This document shows, piece after piece, positions 39,238 to 52,591 of a stretch of DNA of 64,000 nucleotides. Within the stretch, counting starts at the first letter, position 1; each line of letters begins with the position of its first letter. Under the pieces are notes generated by a model. It ran no database searches. It was given only the letters and a program-made list of their open reading frames with translations, and was not told the DNA's origin. A program made the translations under genes and the position numbers. The DNA is from Pecten maximus (Eukaryota): positions 37,448,001 through 37,512,000 of the forward strand of contig NC_047017.1 in NCBI RefSeq assembly GCF_902652985.1. Reading direction: 5' to 3'.

Positions 39238-40819
39238 ATATACATGTAGATATATCTCTTTTAATCAAGGATATCTGTAATTTAGATACAGTAGAGACAT
39301 ATATCCCTATATACATGTATATGTCTCTGGAAACAGGCATGCATATTGTATTTTGTCAATGAATACAAATATCTCTAATTTAGATAAAGATATCTGAATT
39401 AAATGGGTACCCATCGTACAATAAGTGTTTAGCACGCTAATTAATCAAATATTGGTATGACATTCTATGTAAACACACTCATTTGTCAAATAGGGATTGA
39501 ATGGATTTTCATTCCGGCTATGAATAGCAGTAACTACATTGTATATATCCAGTGGCGCGCGTTAGCGGGGAATGAAATTTAACACCATATATAAAACACA
39601 CACACATTCTACTTCGAACGGACCACGGACTTAGATATAGTGTTTTCGGACGACCTTAAATGGTAAAACCCACATTTTAAACATCACAAACATCTTTTTA
39701 ATCAGCGCCCCTGTGCACCCAACTCCAAAACACTCCACGAAATCGTCATTATTGACGGAAGGGAGTTATCATAAGAAGAAGAAGAAAGCTAGATCAGCCC
39801 TTTGCTTCCCAAAATAAACCCGAAACGCTGCCCATTGTTTTCCTTTATCACCAACGATTTCATTACAAGGGAAGAGGGATTTGTCACACAGATGCCCGAG
39901 GACCCGTGACTACTTACACTTTAGACTAGGCGTGCACAACAATTTAAAGAGTGGCTTTTATGTACAAGACTGTTGAGGGAATGTTACAGCCATATCTCTG
40001 AACGAACACCTTACAAAACAACGACCAAAGTAAAGTTTTAAATATAGAAATAACGTTGGCTTTTACGTACATCACGTGTCACAAAAAAAACACCAAAAAA
40101 ACAAAACATAAACCCGAAACCTCTTGCAGAACCAACACACAATTGTCATGACTCTGAATACCGGACGCTTTCTTTGGGATACAAACAGTTACATATAGTC
40201 TGGAGGAATCATTTAGATAAAATAGTGTGTGTGCTCGAAAATTGGTGGCTTCCAGAGGTGCAATAATGCATCAAAAGACTCTTATCCCCTGTGCACCACA
40301 AAAGAAACTACCAATATTTGTATGAATTTGGCTCTTTGCACGAAGTGCGATGCAATTTAACTATTTGTTACCTTGGTTACAGGAAAAATTATATACATGT
40401 ATATAGAAAACGCAAACCACTCCGTACCAAAAGGCACAACTAGACCGCTAGATCAATACGTGAACCAGGTTTTGTGAAGTTACCTTATTAAAAGTTTAAA
40501 TGTTTTGGAATTAAGTTTCGGAAACAGTAACATATAGCTGTCAACACTTGTTTCCGTGGTTACAAGATGATAAGAGAAATGCAAACATCCCCATACCAAA
40601 AAGCACTGATAGACCACTAGAGCAAAACGGTAGTCGGACAGGCGGAACCCGCTAACACGTTTCGCGGGGATAAACATATGCACATAGGAAAACAAACATT
40701 GGAAAGGGAAGAATTATATACGGTCTGAACAGTAGGACACTTCAGTCGACGTGGAAAGAAAGGGATATCAGAGTTTTTGTGGATGAAGACCTTACAATGG
40801 AAGATCTACAAAAACAAGG

Positions 40820-41435
40820 CAAAACCCCAGACACTCGCCTCCCGATCGCTATTCTTCATAAATTGGTTTCTACATTGTCAAACATATAGACTTGACACAC
40901 TATGAACAATTGACTATGGAACAAGTTTATGTATTTGTTAACCGTTGATACTTTCTTACGGGTAGGTGAATCGGCTGCTGTTCAGGACAAACACAACCCT
41001 TTGAGCCTTGCTGACATTCAGTTTTTTTGACTTTTTTACCTCTGCCCTGTGAGTCGTGTAGAACTCCAATGAGATTAAAAATAACTTTAAATCTTATAAG
41101 GGTTATTATCTCACTGATCCGCCGGCATTCTCGTTGAGGAGTCGTTATGATAATACGAACTGCCAAGTGCTTGCACTGTAGCCCTTTGTACAGCTGCGCG
41201 GCTCATCCCCAGGTCCGAAATTGATCATTTCGTCTGGTAAGACATTTTCATATGCTTATTTCGTAAAGATAATGAAGCATCCTTTGTAAGTTCCAGTTTA
41301 TAGCTCTGATTCCTATAGGATTCATAGTTTTAGGATAGGTGCAGCAAGCTCAGCTGCAATGATGGGGTCCACGAATGTGATATACAGGAAATGGGTAGGT
41401 GGTATCCAGGTGCATTTAAGCGTTACCCACATATT
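40820..41435 (+). pseudogene. Duplicate DIRS tyrosine recombinase relic
   Basis: Essentially identical to 25900-26515. Confidence 0.8.
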
Positions 41436-43319
41436 CTTCAATTTTATCATTTTGGTTTGGTGGATGTATGTCATCTGCATACCTAGTTTTTATTTGTTTG
41501 ATCCTAATCTTCACAGTAGCCTTTGTGTATGATTAACTATTTGTTACAAGTTGTTCATGTTATTAAGTGCTCAATGGACTTGTATGAGCATACATAGGAA
41601 TTTTCATTTACGAGGTTATTAGTTGCAACTGATAGGCATGGGAAGATGTAACTCTGCCTTTCTTTTGATGACCAGTCCGACAAGATATACTCGTACATCT
41701 GAGGTTGCTACCACTTCAGGATGCGAACATTTCTCCTCGCTTTCACAGTCTCAGACATAGTGTAACACGCTTCTGTGGTTCTGCATTATGATGAATATGC
41801 GGTGGACATCATTGGAACAGAGCTGCTGACGCTGAGTGATGCACCTCTGCCCCAACTTCCATAACAAGTAATAATAGATAACATTTTTATGAAAACAAAT
41901 AATGCAAATTGGATACATGGGATGAGGCATCTCTGTTCTCACTTGTCTGCATCCTTTCTATGTTTGCTTTTAACCTATTTTTGATCTTCATCGGAATATG
42001 ACACTTTGCATGGGATGACGCATCTCTGCTCCAAAAATATGAGAATTCGTGCATATAATGCACATGTACATATTGTTGTTTATTGCAGTGTTTTATAATA
42101 TTTGTTGGCTACACTAATTTCGTCTGATTGTTCCCAGTCATACTGCGGCGGGTGGGGGATGAAGTCATTTTTCTCGTCGAGCAAGGGGACAACAGAATAA
42201 ATGTTGGCAGAATTAACAAGATACTTTTGTTTTTCATTCTACACGATTAAAAAAATTGAACAAACAATAAATAATGTCATGTAAATAGAGGTTACAAAAT
42301 TAGTGGTTGCTGTATATGGAAAATCTTTCACGCGAGTTAGTTATTTTTCAAAAGTTACAACAACGAGCTTCTCATTGAAGTGAATAAAATCTTGAGTAAA
42401 TAAATAAGAAATAGAAAACCTCTTGCATTTTCTACTCAATGTCAATATTTGGCAATAAAAGTGGCATAGCCTTGGTAGAAAATGATCATAAAATTCCGTA
42501 ACACGAACTCGTTCGAGCTATTGTGGTATAGAATATTTGAAGCAAGTTTCATATATATATATCTGTTGATAAATAGAGCTAAGAGAGTGCTAACAAAGAA
42601 TTCTTAATGAATGAGCTTTACCTGAACAAAAAATATAAAATGTCGTTATGCCAATGGTTGAAACACGAACTAAAAACCGTAATCAATGTTAAACTTAATT
42701 GCTTGTAGTTGTATTTAGAGAATCTTCGAGAAAAAGAATAAAAAATAGAAAACTTCTTGCATTTTCTTCACATTGCCCATATTTGGCAATGAAAGGGGCA
42801 TAACTCTGCTAAAAATAGTCGCGAAATTCTGTAATACGAACTCGCTTGAGCTATTGTGCAATATAATATATTCTTAGCAAGTTTCATAAAAATCAGTTGA
42901 TAAATATAGGCTAGAGAGCACTAACAAGAAAAAGTTAACGGACGGACGTACGGACTGCGCAGGGTATACCATAATACGACCCGTCGATGGCGGGCGTATA
43001 CAAAAGTAGTCCCGGTTATATCTCACCGTGCCAGCCAATCGGAACTCGTTTACAGCTTATTACACATGTCGTATAAAGTGTTTATTTATACAACAGTTGC
43101 AATGATTAATTGGTGCATTGTGAGTTGAATAACACCCACCTTTTGTTGTAGAAACTTAGGTTTAGCTAGCCCGAGTTCCCTCTGGCCCTGACACAGACAT
43201 GGTGTCAGGGCCAGAGGAAACTCGGGCTAATGTTTAGCCAGCAAACCTTCATGTTTTAATTTCACTGTTTTTAACATGCATCAATGAAACGATATCACAA
43301 GGAAATAAAATGCTATGCA

Positions 43320-44390
43320 TTATTTATTGTCATCACCGACATCCTTTACAATTGTATCTTTATATGGAGTCTGTGGAATAGGCAGAGGTAGAATCATTGT
43401 TATTAACCAGTATCTTCCGAAAACATCCAGGAAATTATCAATCTTTGATTTAGAAACTGTTCCACCTCCAATCGACGTGGCTTCATGTGTAGTCTGTCCC
43501 GCCATAGTGATTTGTAACTGCCAAAACCACAAGCCGGCGGCTATGAGTCCTGCCGTTAGACAAGCATACATGAGAAACAAAAGGAATATATAACCCAGCT
43601 CAACTTGACCATTCGTGGCTATTTTTCCAACCATGTCAATCAACAGGAATATAAATGTCTGTGGACCATGGAAAGTGACATTATATAACTTTTTTAAGTG
43701 TACCACAATCATAATCATTCCATAGAACGTGCCGACCATCATGTAGAAGCAGTACATAACGAAGAACTTCTGGTTGAAGTAGCCGACGCACACAGTCATA
43801 AAGAAACAGTGGTGATCGCGCTTTAGGATGCAAGTCTGACACAACACACAGTGATGTGACCTGGGAGGAGGAACTATGTGACAAATCTCACAATACTTCT
43901 GGTCGTTGTCCGCATTTTTACCTCCTCCGTCATTTTTCTTGCCTTTACTCTTTGTCTCACTTGTTTTCCTTTTCCTTGCCATGCTAGATCCATTTTCCAC
44001 CAACCGACCCTTCTTGTCAGTATGTTTCACAGTGTGCTTTAGTTGACAACCTTTGTCGTTACATGGACTGTCAGGCTTAGCTAAGCTGTTAACTGCACTC
44101 ACTTTCATGCTATTTCCGGATTTTACCGCACGTTTGATACTTGTATCAGTGAAGACACACAGAGCGAAGTTACCTACAGCATTGATAAATGTAAACAAGA
44201 CGAACAATCTGTGTTGGCGTAATCGGCCTCTGTCACCCACATACAAGTCCGGTAGTATTTCTGACCAACATACCACAGTAACGACAAGGGTCATTAATGT
44301 AAAGTAGAAACAGAAGAACAAGTTTCCAACTGCCATCAACCGAATCCTGAATGGTACACGCCATCCAAAGACTAAGCCTAGCGACACCAT
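43320..44390 (-). CDS. DHHC palmitoyltransferase, ZDHHC22-like, copy 2 (356 aa from ATG 44390)
   Basis: Same motifs as copy 1; first in-frame ATG at 44390 (MVSLGLVFGWRVPFRIRLMAV...). Confidence 0.9.
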   Translation of the reverse strand: MVSLGLVFGWRVPFRIRLMAVGNLFFCFYFTLMTLVVTVVCWSEILPDLYVGDRGRLRQHRLFVLFTFINAVGNFALCVFTDTSIKRAVKSGNSMKVSAVNSLAKPDSPCNDKGCQLKHTVKHTDKKGRLVENGSSMARKRKTSETKSKGKKNDGGGKNADNDQKYCEICHIVPPPRSHHCVLCQTCILKRDHHCFFMTVCVGYFNQKFFVMYCFYMMVGTFYGMIMIVVHLKKLYNVTFHGPQTFIFLLIDMVGKIATNGQVELGYIFLLFLMYACLTAGLIAAGLWFWQLQITMAGQTTHEATSIGGGTVSKSKIDNFLDVFGRYWLITMILPLPIPQTPYKDTIVKDVGDDNK

Positions 44391-45934
44391 GTCTATCTCG
44401 TGTTGAAAAGTGTAACAACACAGACTGGCTACACTCTGTCCGGACTTGAGCACACAAAGTTGTGTTAGTATACTAAGTATCTGGACTGTTGTATTTGACT
44501 TGCTGTCATACGACTGGCGATCAGTAATCCGATAAGTAGATCAACATTAGCGGTATAAAAAGTGTGTGTATTTGTTTGAACATATGCAGTGACACACAGT
44601 CGATGTTTACAGGTAAACCTATATTGTTCATATTGCCTACACAGGTAAAACACCCCGGCAGATCAATAATGTAAATTCCCAGTATTGATAAGCAAGTCTT
44701 ACCGAGGCAACGACATGCCTTGCTGGTACGATTTATCATCCTACAATTTCCGTTGAACAGAAAGCGAACTTTTATTCCTTCAAATATTGTAATTTAACAT
44801 TTTGGCTTGACAGGAGTAAGTCGATAACCATCCATGACGTTAGTCAGCATTTTGTCAAATAAGAACTCTCCAATCCTGAAGTGATTTTGCAATGCGTTCG
44901 AAATGTCTGGGTTTAAAAAAAACTTACTTACGATTTTAGGTATTATATTCGTGTGTTAAATTTAACTGGAACATACTTGAATTCACCGTGGGTTTGTGAA
45001 CCCGGATGTGATGTACAATTTAGTCGTAATCTGCCCATGTTTCAATGTAATTAACGATCGAAGTGATAGGCTGACGTGAAAGAGACGTGGTCTACATTTT
45101 TTTTCTTTATACAACACTTTTTTGGATTTGTTAAGTGTCCACATTACGCTATCGTTCACTTTGGTGAAGCGGATGACAATTTTGACGAAGACTTAATTTA
45201 ACAATGGGTCGAAACTTCAATAAAGTGATATTTTGGAATACAATGTAAACGAGACCCTACATCATTTAATGTGGTCTTGGCATCGAGATTGAATTATATT
45301 TTTAAGCTAATTAATATTTTGTGATGATGGATTTATTCCACTCCAACAGCATATTCCGAAGTTTCAAAACTTCAGTGCCTCAATAGCCGTTGGATCCTTG
45401 GTTTTTACTGCAAGTTTCTCTCATAATCAAAGACAACATCAGCTTTTTTTGAAATCATGTTAAGTAAAAATAAAAATAATTCGATTTACATAAACGCAGA
45501 ACATCTAAAATTATCTTACAAAGGATACCTTTCTAAGCAAATTGAGAGTTACGTCAGTAGAGTCAAAATTAATGAGACTGCAGCATACATCTCGATATTC
45601 AGAAAAGTGTCAGTACACTGTATTCACATGAACTAAAACGTGACAAGAAAGTTAAAATGGACCTCGAGGATTGAAAATCAACTAGCAGTCCCCACCTGCA
45701 GTCCCAAAGAATTGTACCAAAGACACATAATACATTAGATAAAACTATAAAATGTGGTTTATTTCATTAAAGAATAATCAAGTACATTGTTTACAATGTT
45801 CAAAAGTGGATTTCGAAGTGTACACTATGTGAACATCATGCTTTTATTACATGTACGTTATTTTTTACTATCGTTAACTAAAGCACCTTACCTAATACAC
45901 TGTCAATTTATAACTGTGGAGAAAAAAATATATA

Positions 45935-47390
45935 TCAGTAACATCAGAAAGAAGAGGTACATGAATGTCAGTAAAAAGGGATACATAAAGGTCAGTAAAA
46001 AGATACATAAGTGTCAGTAAGATGAGATGCATAAAGGTCAGTAAGATGAGATGCATAAAGGTCAGTAAGATGAGATACATAAAGGTCAGTAAGATGAGAT
46101 GCATAAAGGTCAGTAAGATGAGATACATAAAGGTCAGTAAGATGAGATGCATTAAGGTCAGTAAGATGTGATACATAAAGGTCAGTAAGATGAGATACAT
46201 AAAGGTCAGTAAGATGAGATACATAAAGGTCAGTAAGATGAGATACATAAAGGTCAGTAAGATGAGATACATAAAGGTCAGTAAGATGAGATACATAAAG
46301 GTCAGTAAGATGAGATACATAAAGGTCAGTAAGATGAGATACATAAAGGTTAGTAGGAAGAGATGCATAAAGGTTAGTAAGAAGAGATACATAAAGGTTA
46401 GTAAGAAGAAATACATAAAGGTCAGTAAGATGAGATGCATAAAGGTTAGTAAGAAGAGATACATAAAGGTCAGTAAGATGAGATGCATAAAGGTTAGTAA
46501 GGAGAGATGCATAAAGGTCAGTAAGATGAGATGCATAAAGGTTAGTAAGAAGAGATACATAAAGGTCAGTAAGATGAGATACATAAAGGTCAGTAAGATG
46601 AGATGCATAAAGGTTAGTAAGAAGAGATACATAAAGGTCAGTAAGATGAGATGCATAAAGGTTAGTAAGGAGAGATGCATAAAGGTTAGTAGGAAGAGAT
46701 GCATACATATCAGTAAGAACAGATACATACATGGGAGAGTATGCCAGTCCAAGAGATTATGTGTTCTATAACCAGTCATGGAGAGTGTGTGTTCTGTAAC
46801 CAGTCATGGAGAGTGTGTGTTCTGTAACCAGCCCGGGAGAGTATGTGTTCTTTAACAAGCCCGGAAGAGTATGTGTTCCCTTACCAGACCGAGAGAGTAT
46901 GTGTTCCCTTAACCAGCCTGGGATAGTATGTGTTCCCTTACCAGACCGAGAGAGTATGTGTTCCCTTAACCAGCCCGGGAGAGTATGTGTTCTTTAACCA
47001 GCCCGGGAGAGTATGTGTTCCCTTACCAGACCGAGAGAGTATGTGTTCCCTTACCAGACCGGGAGAGTATGTGTTCCCTTACCAGCCTGTGAGAGTATGT
47101 GTTCCATTTCCAGCCTGGGAGAGTATGTGCTCCCTTACCAGCCTGTGAGAGTATGTGTTCCCTTACCAGCCTGGGAGAGTATGTGTTCCCTTACCAGCCT
47201 GTGAGAGTATGTGTTCTTTAACCAGCCCGGGAGAGTATGTGTTCTTTAACCAGCCCGGGAGAGTATGTGTTCCCTTACCAGACCAAAAGAGTATCTGTTC
47301 CCTTACCAGACCAAAAGAGTATCTGTTCCCTTACCAGCCTGTGAGAGTATGTGTTCCCTTACCTGTCCGGGATATTATGCGCTCCCTTAC
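45935..47390 (+). repeat. Expanded compound minisatellite (24-bp unit, ~30 copies, then ~30-bp units)
   Basis: gtcagtaagatgagatacataaag array to ~46730, followed by gagagtatgtgttcccttaccagc units. Confidence 0.92.
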
Positions 47391-48850
47391 AGATTTACAG
47401 TTGTACCATCAGACAAAGGGTTATCTATCTGACTCGCACATCTCGTGATTTACAGTTGTAGAATGGGTCCTGGCAGTAGATATTTTAACTTCGTACATCT
47501 AACCATTCATAGTAAAAGTACTGTACATTCCAGCACCCTTTTTCGGTACATACAGCTCACGATTCTGTTATAGAGTAAGTTATAACCGCTTAGTAAAGGC
47601 GAGACGATAGCTTATACCGTAAAGTTCTGTTCTCTTTCTTATGTAATTATAGACGTGATAGAATAACATACATTTGTATATGGCATATTAACATATATAT
47701 TGAACTGGGAATAATATACCGAAACAAAGCACTTAAGTAAAACAATTGATCATTTTAAAGAGATATAATTTATTCAGATAAGGAATCGATAATGACATTG
47801 AAACAAATGTAATACAGAATGAATCTGGTCAACATCTACATTAAGATTATTTTCTGATTTTCTTATCATATATGACATAATTTTCAAATTAAAAATACAA
47901 AATATGTTAAAATAATATTAGATGTGCAGTTACTAGTATATTCATATTATATGTACATCAAATAAAACATATATACAGCTAATATACCGAAATAACCGTT
48001 GTCATGAGAACGTATAACAATGTAGTAAGCCGACCTTGTTATAAGTGCATATTAATTATCATGAAGCAAATACATTTTGTATATTGTTACAATGCATAAA
48101 TCAATATCACTACATTAAGATATCACTTCATCATCTGTATCTGTATTTTGGTGCAAAAACATATGATGCAGAAGTTGAATAAGATTTATACTTCGATTCT
48201 CAGCATTACAAATTGTGTTTACGTTACAACTACTACATGGAAATGATACCTAATCTGGCGGGATTTATTGTTTTTTAATATTTTAGTAATTACCATACTG
48301 TAAGTCACTTTATACTTATACTCTACTGCGCAAAATATATGCAATTGTAGGATTCGTTCGCCTATGTTTAAATATCTTTCGAAAGAACTATATATATTCT
48401 ATTATTAATATATGTTACCAAACTACCGGAAGTTATTTAAACTTTCGAGCGTAATTGAATAAATATTTCTTCTTGAAAATAGTGAGCTTTACAGGAGTCG
48501 ATTGTGTGATAAAAACGTAGTTAAAATACTTTGTATTAAATTTCATTTCTGGGAAAACATGTACAACGCCCATGGGCATTACACCTACAAATATTTCTTT
48601 GGCTGCTCAACAAATGACTTGATATTATTTGCTACCTGCTGCAGTACGTCTTTATCCTTGCTGGAGAGCAGATTGACCCCGGTATGGAAGTACAGCGGAA
48701 GATTCCCTCTCTGGAGATAACCCAACAAACGATATATCATTGTCCTCACCCGGGTGGCCAGAAGTTCCTGCTGCCATTCGGTATCGAATGGGTGATCCTC
48801 ACACTCCCAGAACAGTACGTTCTTCAGGTGGTATGATGTTAGACCTTTTC
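47391..48850 (-). repeat. Inverted repeat arm: B-type cGLR 3' coding end plus 3' flank (matches ~53460-54510 and ~58975-60320)
   Basis: Reverse complement matches the B1/B2 C-terminal codons, 3' UTR and first 55-bp satellite units. Confidence 0.88.
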
Positions 48851-49706
48851 TGGCATTATCAGTGCACCATATTTTTTCTTTCAATGTCTTCAGAATACGA
48901 AGGCATTTCCTCCTGCATGTCCCGTTTTCGTCGATGCTTTCTAGAAGCTCCTTTTCACATGCAGCAAAAGACAATGTCCAATAAAATGGCGCTTTGGCTA
49001 CTTCATGTATCCCGATATCCTTGATACAGGAAATCTTGTCACCTGACGGCCATTGAATACCCAGTCTTGGCCAATTGAATTCATTTTTAAATTCCAGTCT
49101 GGCTTCAATCATGGGGCACAAATCAATGCTGATTGGATAGCTAATATTCGGAAGTGTTATAGAAAGTGTTATTGCTGGGGACTCCGACAAACGATCTGCC
49201 GTGACACGGTTTCTCATCTTCGGCTGGTTCACCGCCTCGGCTACAAGAGCCTTGAATCTTCTCTTAACTTTGATCGGCACTATATCGTTATTAAACGTCA
49301 TGCTCGCTCCACCATCGTTAAGTCCTTCGGAATCCCACCTTGCTACTAGACTGCCAATTTTAGTGAAACATTGACCAGTAGGAGGGTTTGGTAGAGCAAT
49401 TGCCTTGCTCTCTATATTTTTCTTAAATTCATCAAAGCCATAGTTTCTTGGATAAGAGTTTGACCAATACAGTTTCCCTACATCGACGACTACACTGAAA
49501 TCAAACTCGTCAGGCCTCTTTACTTTGAGATGTGTGTGGTAGCTCCCAACTTTCTCTGTTTTTATCAGAAATCGGCTGTCTCTCTGATTAACATACCTTA
49601 GTAACTCGTCCACAAGTGGTAGCACCTCTTTAGTAACCCTCTTTGTTTCGTCACGTCTCATTTTCACATCATTCTCATAAAAATGGTTCAGAATTGTGTT
49701 ATCCAT
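48585..49706 (-). CDS. cGAS-like receptor (cGLR/Mab21), subtype A copy 2, 373 aa, with B-type C-terminus
   Basis: KVGSYHTHLKVKRPDEFDF, ISIDLCP, WTLSFAACE, SYHLKNVLFWECE; intact ORF. Confidence 0.92.
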   Translation of the reverse strand: MDNTILNHFYENDVKMRRDETKRVTKEVLPLVDELLRYVNQRDSRFLIKTEKVGSYHTHLKVKRPDEFDFSVVVDVGKLYWSNSYPRNYGFDEFKKNIESKAIALPNPPTGQCFTKIGSLVARWDSEGLNDGGASMTFNNDIVPIKVKRRFKALVAEAVNQPKMRNRVTADRLSESPAITLSITLPNISYPISIDLCPMIEARLEFKNEFNWPRLGIQWPSGDKISCIKDIGIHEVAKAPFYWTLSFAACEKELLESIDENGTCRRKCLRILKTLKEKIWCTDNARKGLTSYHLKNVLFWECEDHPFDTEWQQELLATRVRTMIYRLLGYLQRGNLPLYFHTGVNLLSSKDKDVLQQVANNIKSFVEQPKKYL

Positions 49707-52591
49707 TGCTATTTAGTAACGTTCATACAATCTGCCGAGGTATACCTTCACAATTCGGGAACAGACCGGTTGAATGTGAGTAGCAAGCACTGCGATAGCT
49801 AGGCCTATTGATATCCCGGGATTTCCGTCTAATTATAGAGCTGACAACTAAAGTGTATCTATTTTTAGCTCTTCTCTGCTTTCCAGAAACATGCAAGTAC
49901 ACTTTGTATATTGATTCAGTCAAAGTTTTTAATATAGACTGTCATCCGTAGGAGGTGTAGAAGTACGGAATGGTATCAATCTGTTAACAACGTGTTAAAC
50001 CGTTGAATACAGCGGTAAAGTCCCGTTCTGATCGTTTATATGAATATCCTCCTCTATGTTGAGGTCCCATTACAAAAGTATCGAGTTCCGAGAAAATCAA
50101 GCGGTTACTTTCATTTTCGCTTTTGGTAAATTCCTAACGAACGCTTACTATCTGGTCAATTATTACGTAGTTAACATATTAAACACGAAATAAACCCTTT
50201 CTTGTTTACCTGGTTAAACACGAGTTAAACCCCGTCGCGTCAAGTGATTATTACTTGGTTTAACACGCAGACACGAGGTTACATTGTTTGTGATTATGAT
50301 ATCAAAATAGTAAATTGTTCACAAAATGTCCCAACCCATATTGTCACGAAGACAATATATATACAACTCAACTTTACCGAAACGTAGCTAAATTAGATCT
50401 ATTGATAGTTTGGCCAAGCTAACCTGCAAAATGTACACAATTCATGTATAATTGGTATGATTTCATAAGTTTATACAAACAAAACGATCAAAATTGCACA
50501 TAGAAAATCGCAAACATAAAAAAATGTAAACATGAAGGGGTTAGTAAGTTTCTATTTATAGGACTTCACCTATATAGAGATTTGGAGTTCTGAGTAAATC
50601 CGGTGGTTTTATTTTCGATTTATGCTAGAATACTCATGGAAGAGATACCATCCATAAGCATTTATTGATTTAAGCAGAAAACTAATTCTGGAATAAATTA
50701 CAGGGATAAATTATTTGCATCAAAATTGACACATTTTTTTGCTATTCAAACTCATTTTCGCTTTTCATTTGTCATTACACAGACGCCTGCTTCTGATTTG
50801 TATTTAAAGAATTAAGAAGAAAAAGTATTAGGAGTAGGTGTTATTTTTCAATAAATACTAACCAGAAGCAGACGCCTGTGGTCATTAGCTCTAACTAGGT
50901 CACGGGCCCGACTATTACATATTACACCTTAGTCCGATACTTACAATTCATCATACCGCGTTCAATATAATTGTGATTTTGGTCAAATTCATTTCGCTTA
51001 AATCATAAAATGAAATTGAATAAAACACATATTACCAATTAAATAAAACGTATATTACCAATAAGATAAATCACACATTACGAATTAGATAAAACACATA
51101 CAATGTATTACCAATTAAATAATACACATATCATCAATTAAATAAAACACATATTTCCAATTAAATAAATAGATATAACCAATAAAATAAAACACATATT
51201 TCCAATTAAATAAATACAGATAACCAATTAAATAAAACACATACATGTATTACCAATTAAAACATTTTTCACCAAGTAAATAATCCCCATTGCATGTTAT
51301 TTTCTTTAGAAAGGAAGACAATCATTCACCTATTATGAGAATGCACTGAAGTGTAAAACTTTTTATCAAATTTTGAAAATCTCTAAGACATTATTGTCAT
51401 TCCGTTTTCAATCAATAAAGAAATACAATTATTTTTTGGACTGATTAATCAAACTGCATTATATAATAGGATTGATAAATTACATACAGGCTTGATTATG
51501 CCTGTTCGTTAAAATGCTCATTCCCTTCTCCTGTTTTTCTCCATCCAGACATCTTCATCAATGCCTCTATCTATTTCTTCTTTATATGTTTTATTTTTCC
51601 TTTTCTATTTCCTCTTTTCTACTTTCCTTTTCTCTCACTAAAAAATGAGAGAGAAAATATGAATTTCGTGGTGTATGGATAAAAATCATTTTGTATATTG
51701 ACACAAATATATTATTTTGTCATTGTTTAAAACTGTTGAAAAAAATAATAATAAAACATATTATCAATCAAATTAAAAACATTACCAATTAAATAAAACC
51801 TATTACCTGTAAAATAAAACACATATTACCAATTAAATAAAACACATATTACCAATTAAATAAAACACATATAACCAATTAAATAAAACACATATTTCCT
51901 AATAGATAAGACACATGGGTATGTGATTAAGTATATGTATTGTAAGGCTGTTAGAGTTATACTACTACATACCACTTACGGTACCCAGTAACTATTACTT
52001 ACAGTTACAATACTTCATCTGCTTAAATGATATTCTACAAACGGTAAAATGGAAGACTTGTCCAGAACCCGTTGAGAAATTTAGCAACATTGTTTTTTAA
52101 GACATTTAAGACGGATTGGTACTAAACATTCTGTTACATTTTGTATGTATTGATGGAAAGACACAAAACAAAAGAGCACATGTTCCAAAACACGCCGCAT
52201 TAAAAAACTCAACAAAGGGAAATCGAATGTTGTTATGGCCAGAATTACTCAGAACGGCTGTGCGACAAATGTCACGTGACTGCTTCGTGTCAAGGTTTGT
52301 TTTCAATGTTCTAGAAGCATGAGGTAAGATTTGAAAAATACATCGGAGTTTCAAGTCCAAAATTAGCCATTCACGTGATACTCCTGATAATGATAAACAC
52401 GGAAGCCTTATCATACTGTTATGCAATAGATTGTATATTTAGTGTAGGCAAAATCATGAGTTGTGACTTTAAAATAGAATGTAAATCCTCACTAATTATA
52501 TGGTATAGATATATGTTCTAGAACGTAAATACGCCAGTCTTACATAGACATTGCCTGTGTATGTTGGTATAGAGTTATATACAACTGAAAA

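Noticed and set aside
45892-46779. Long 193-295 aa ORFs on both strands
   Set aside because: Products of a stop-free 24-bp tandem repeat; length is not conserved in copy 1.
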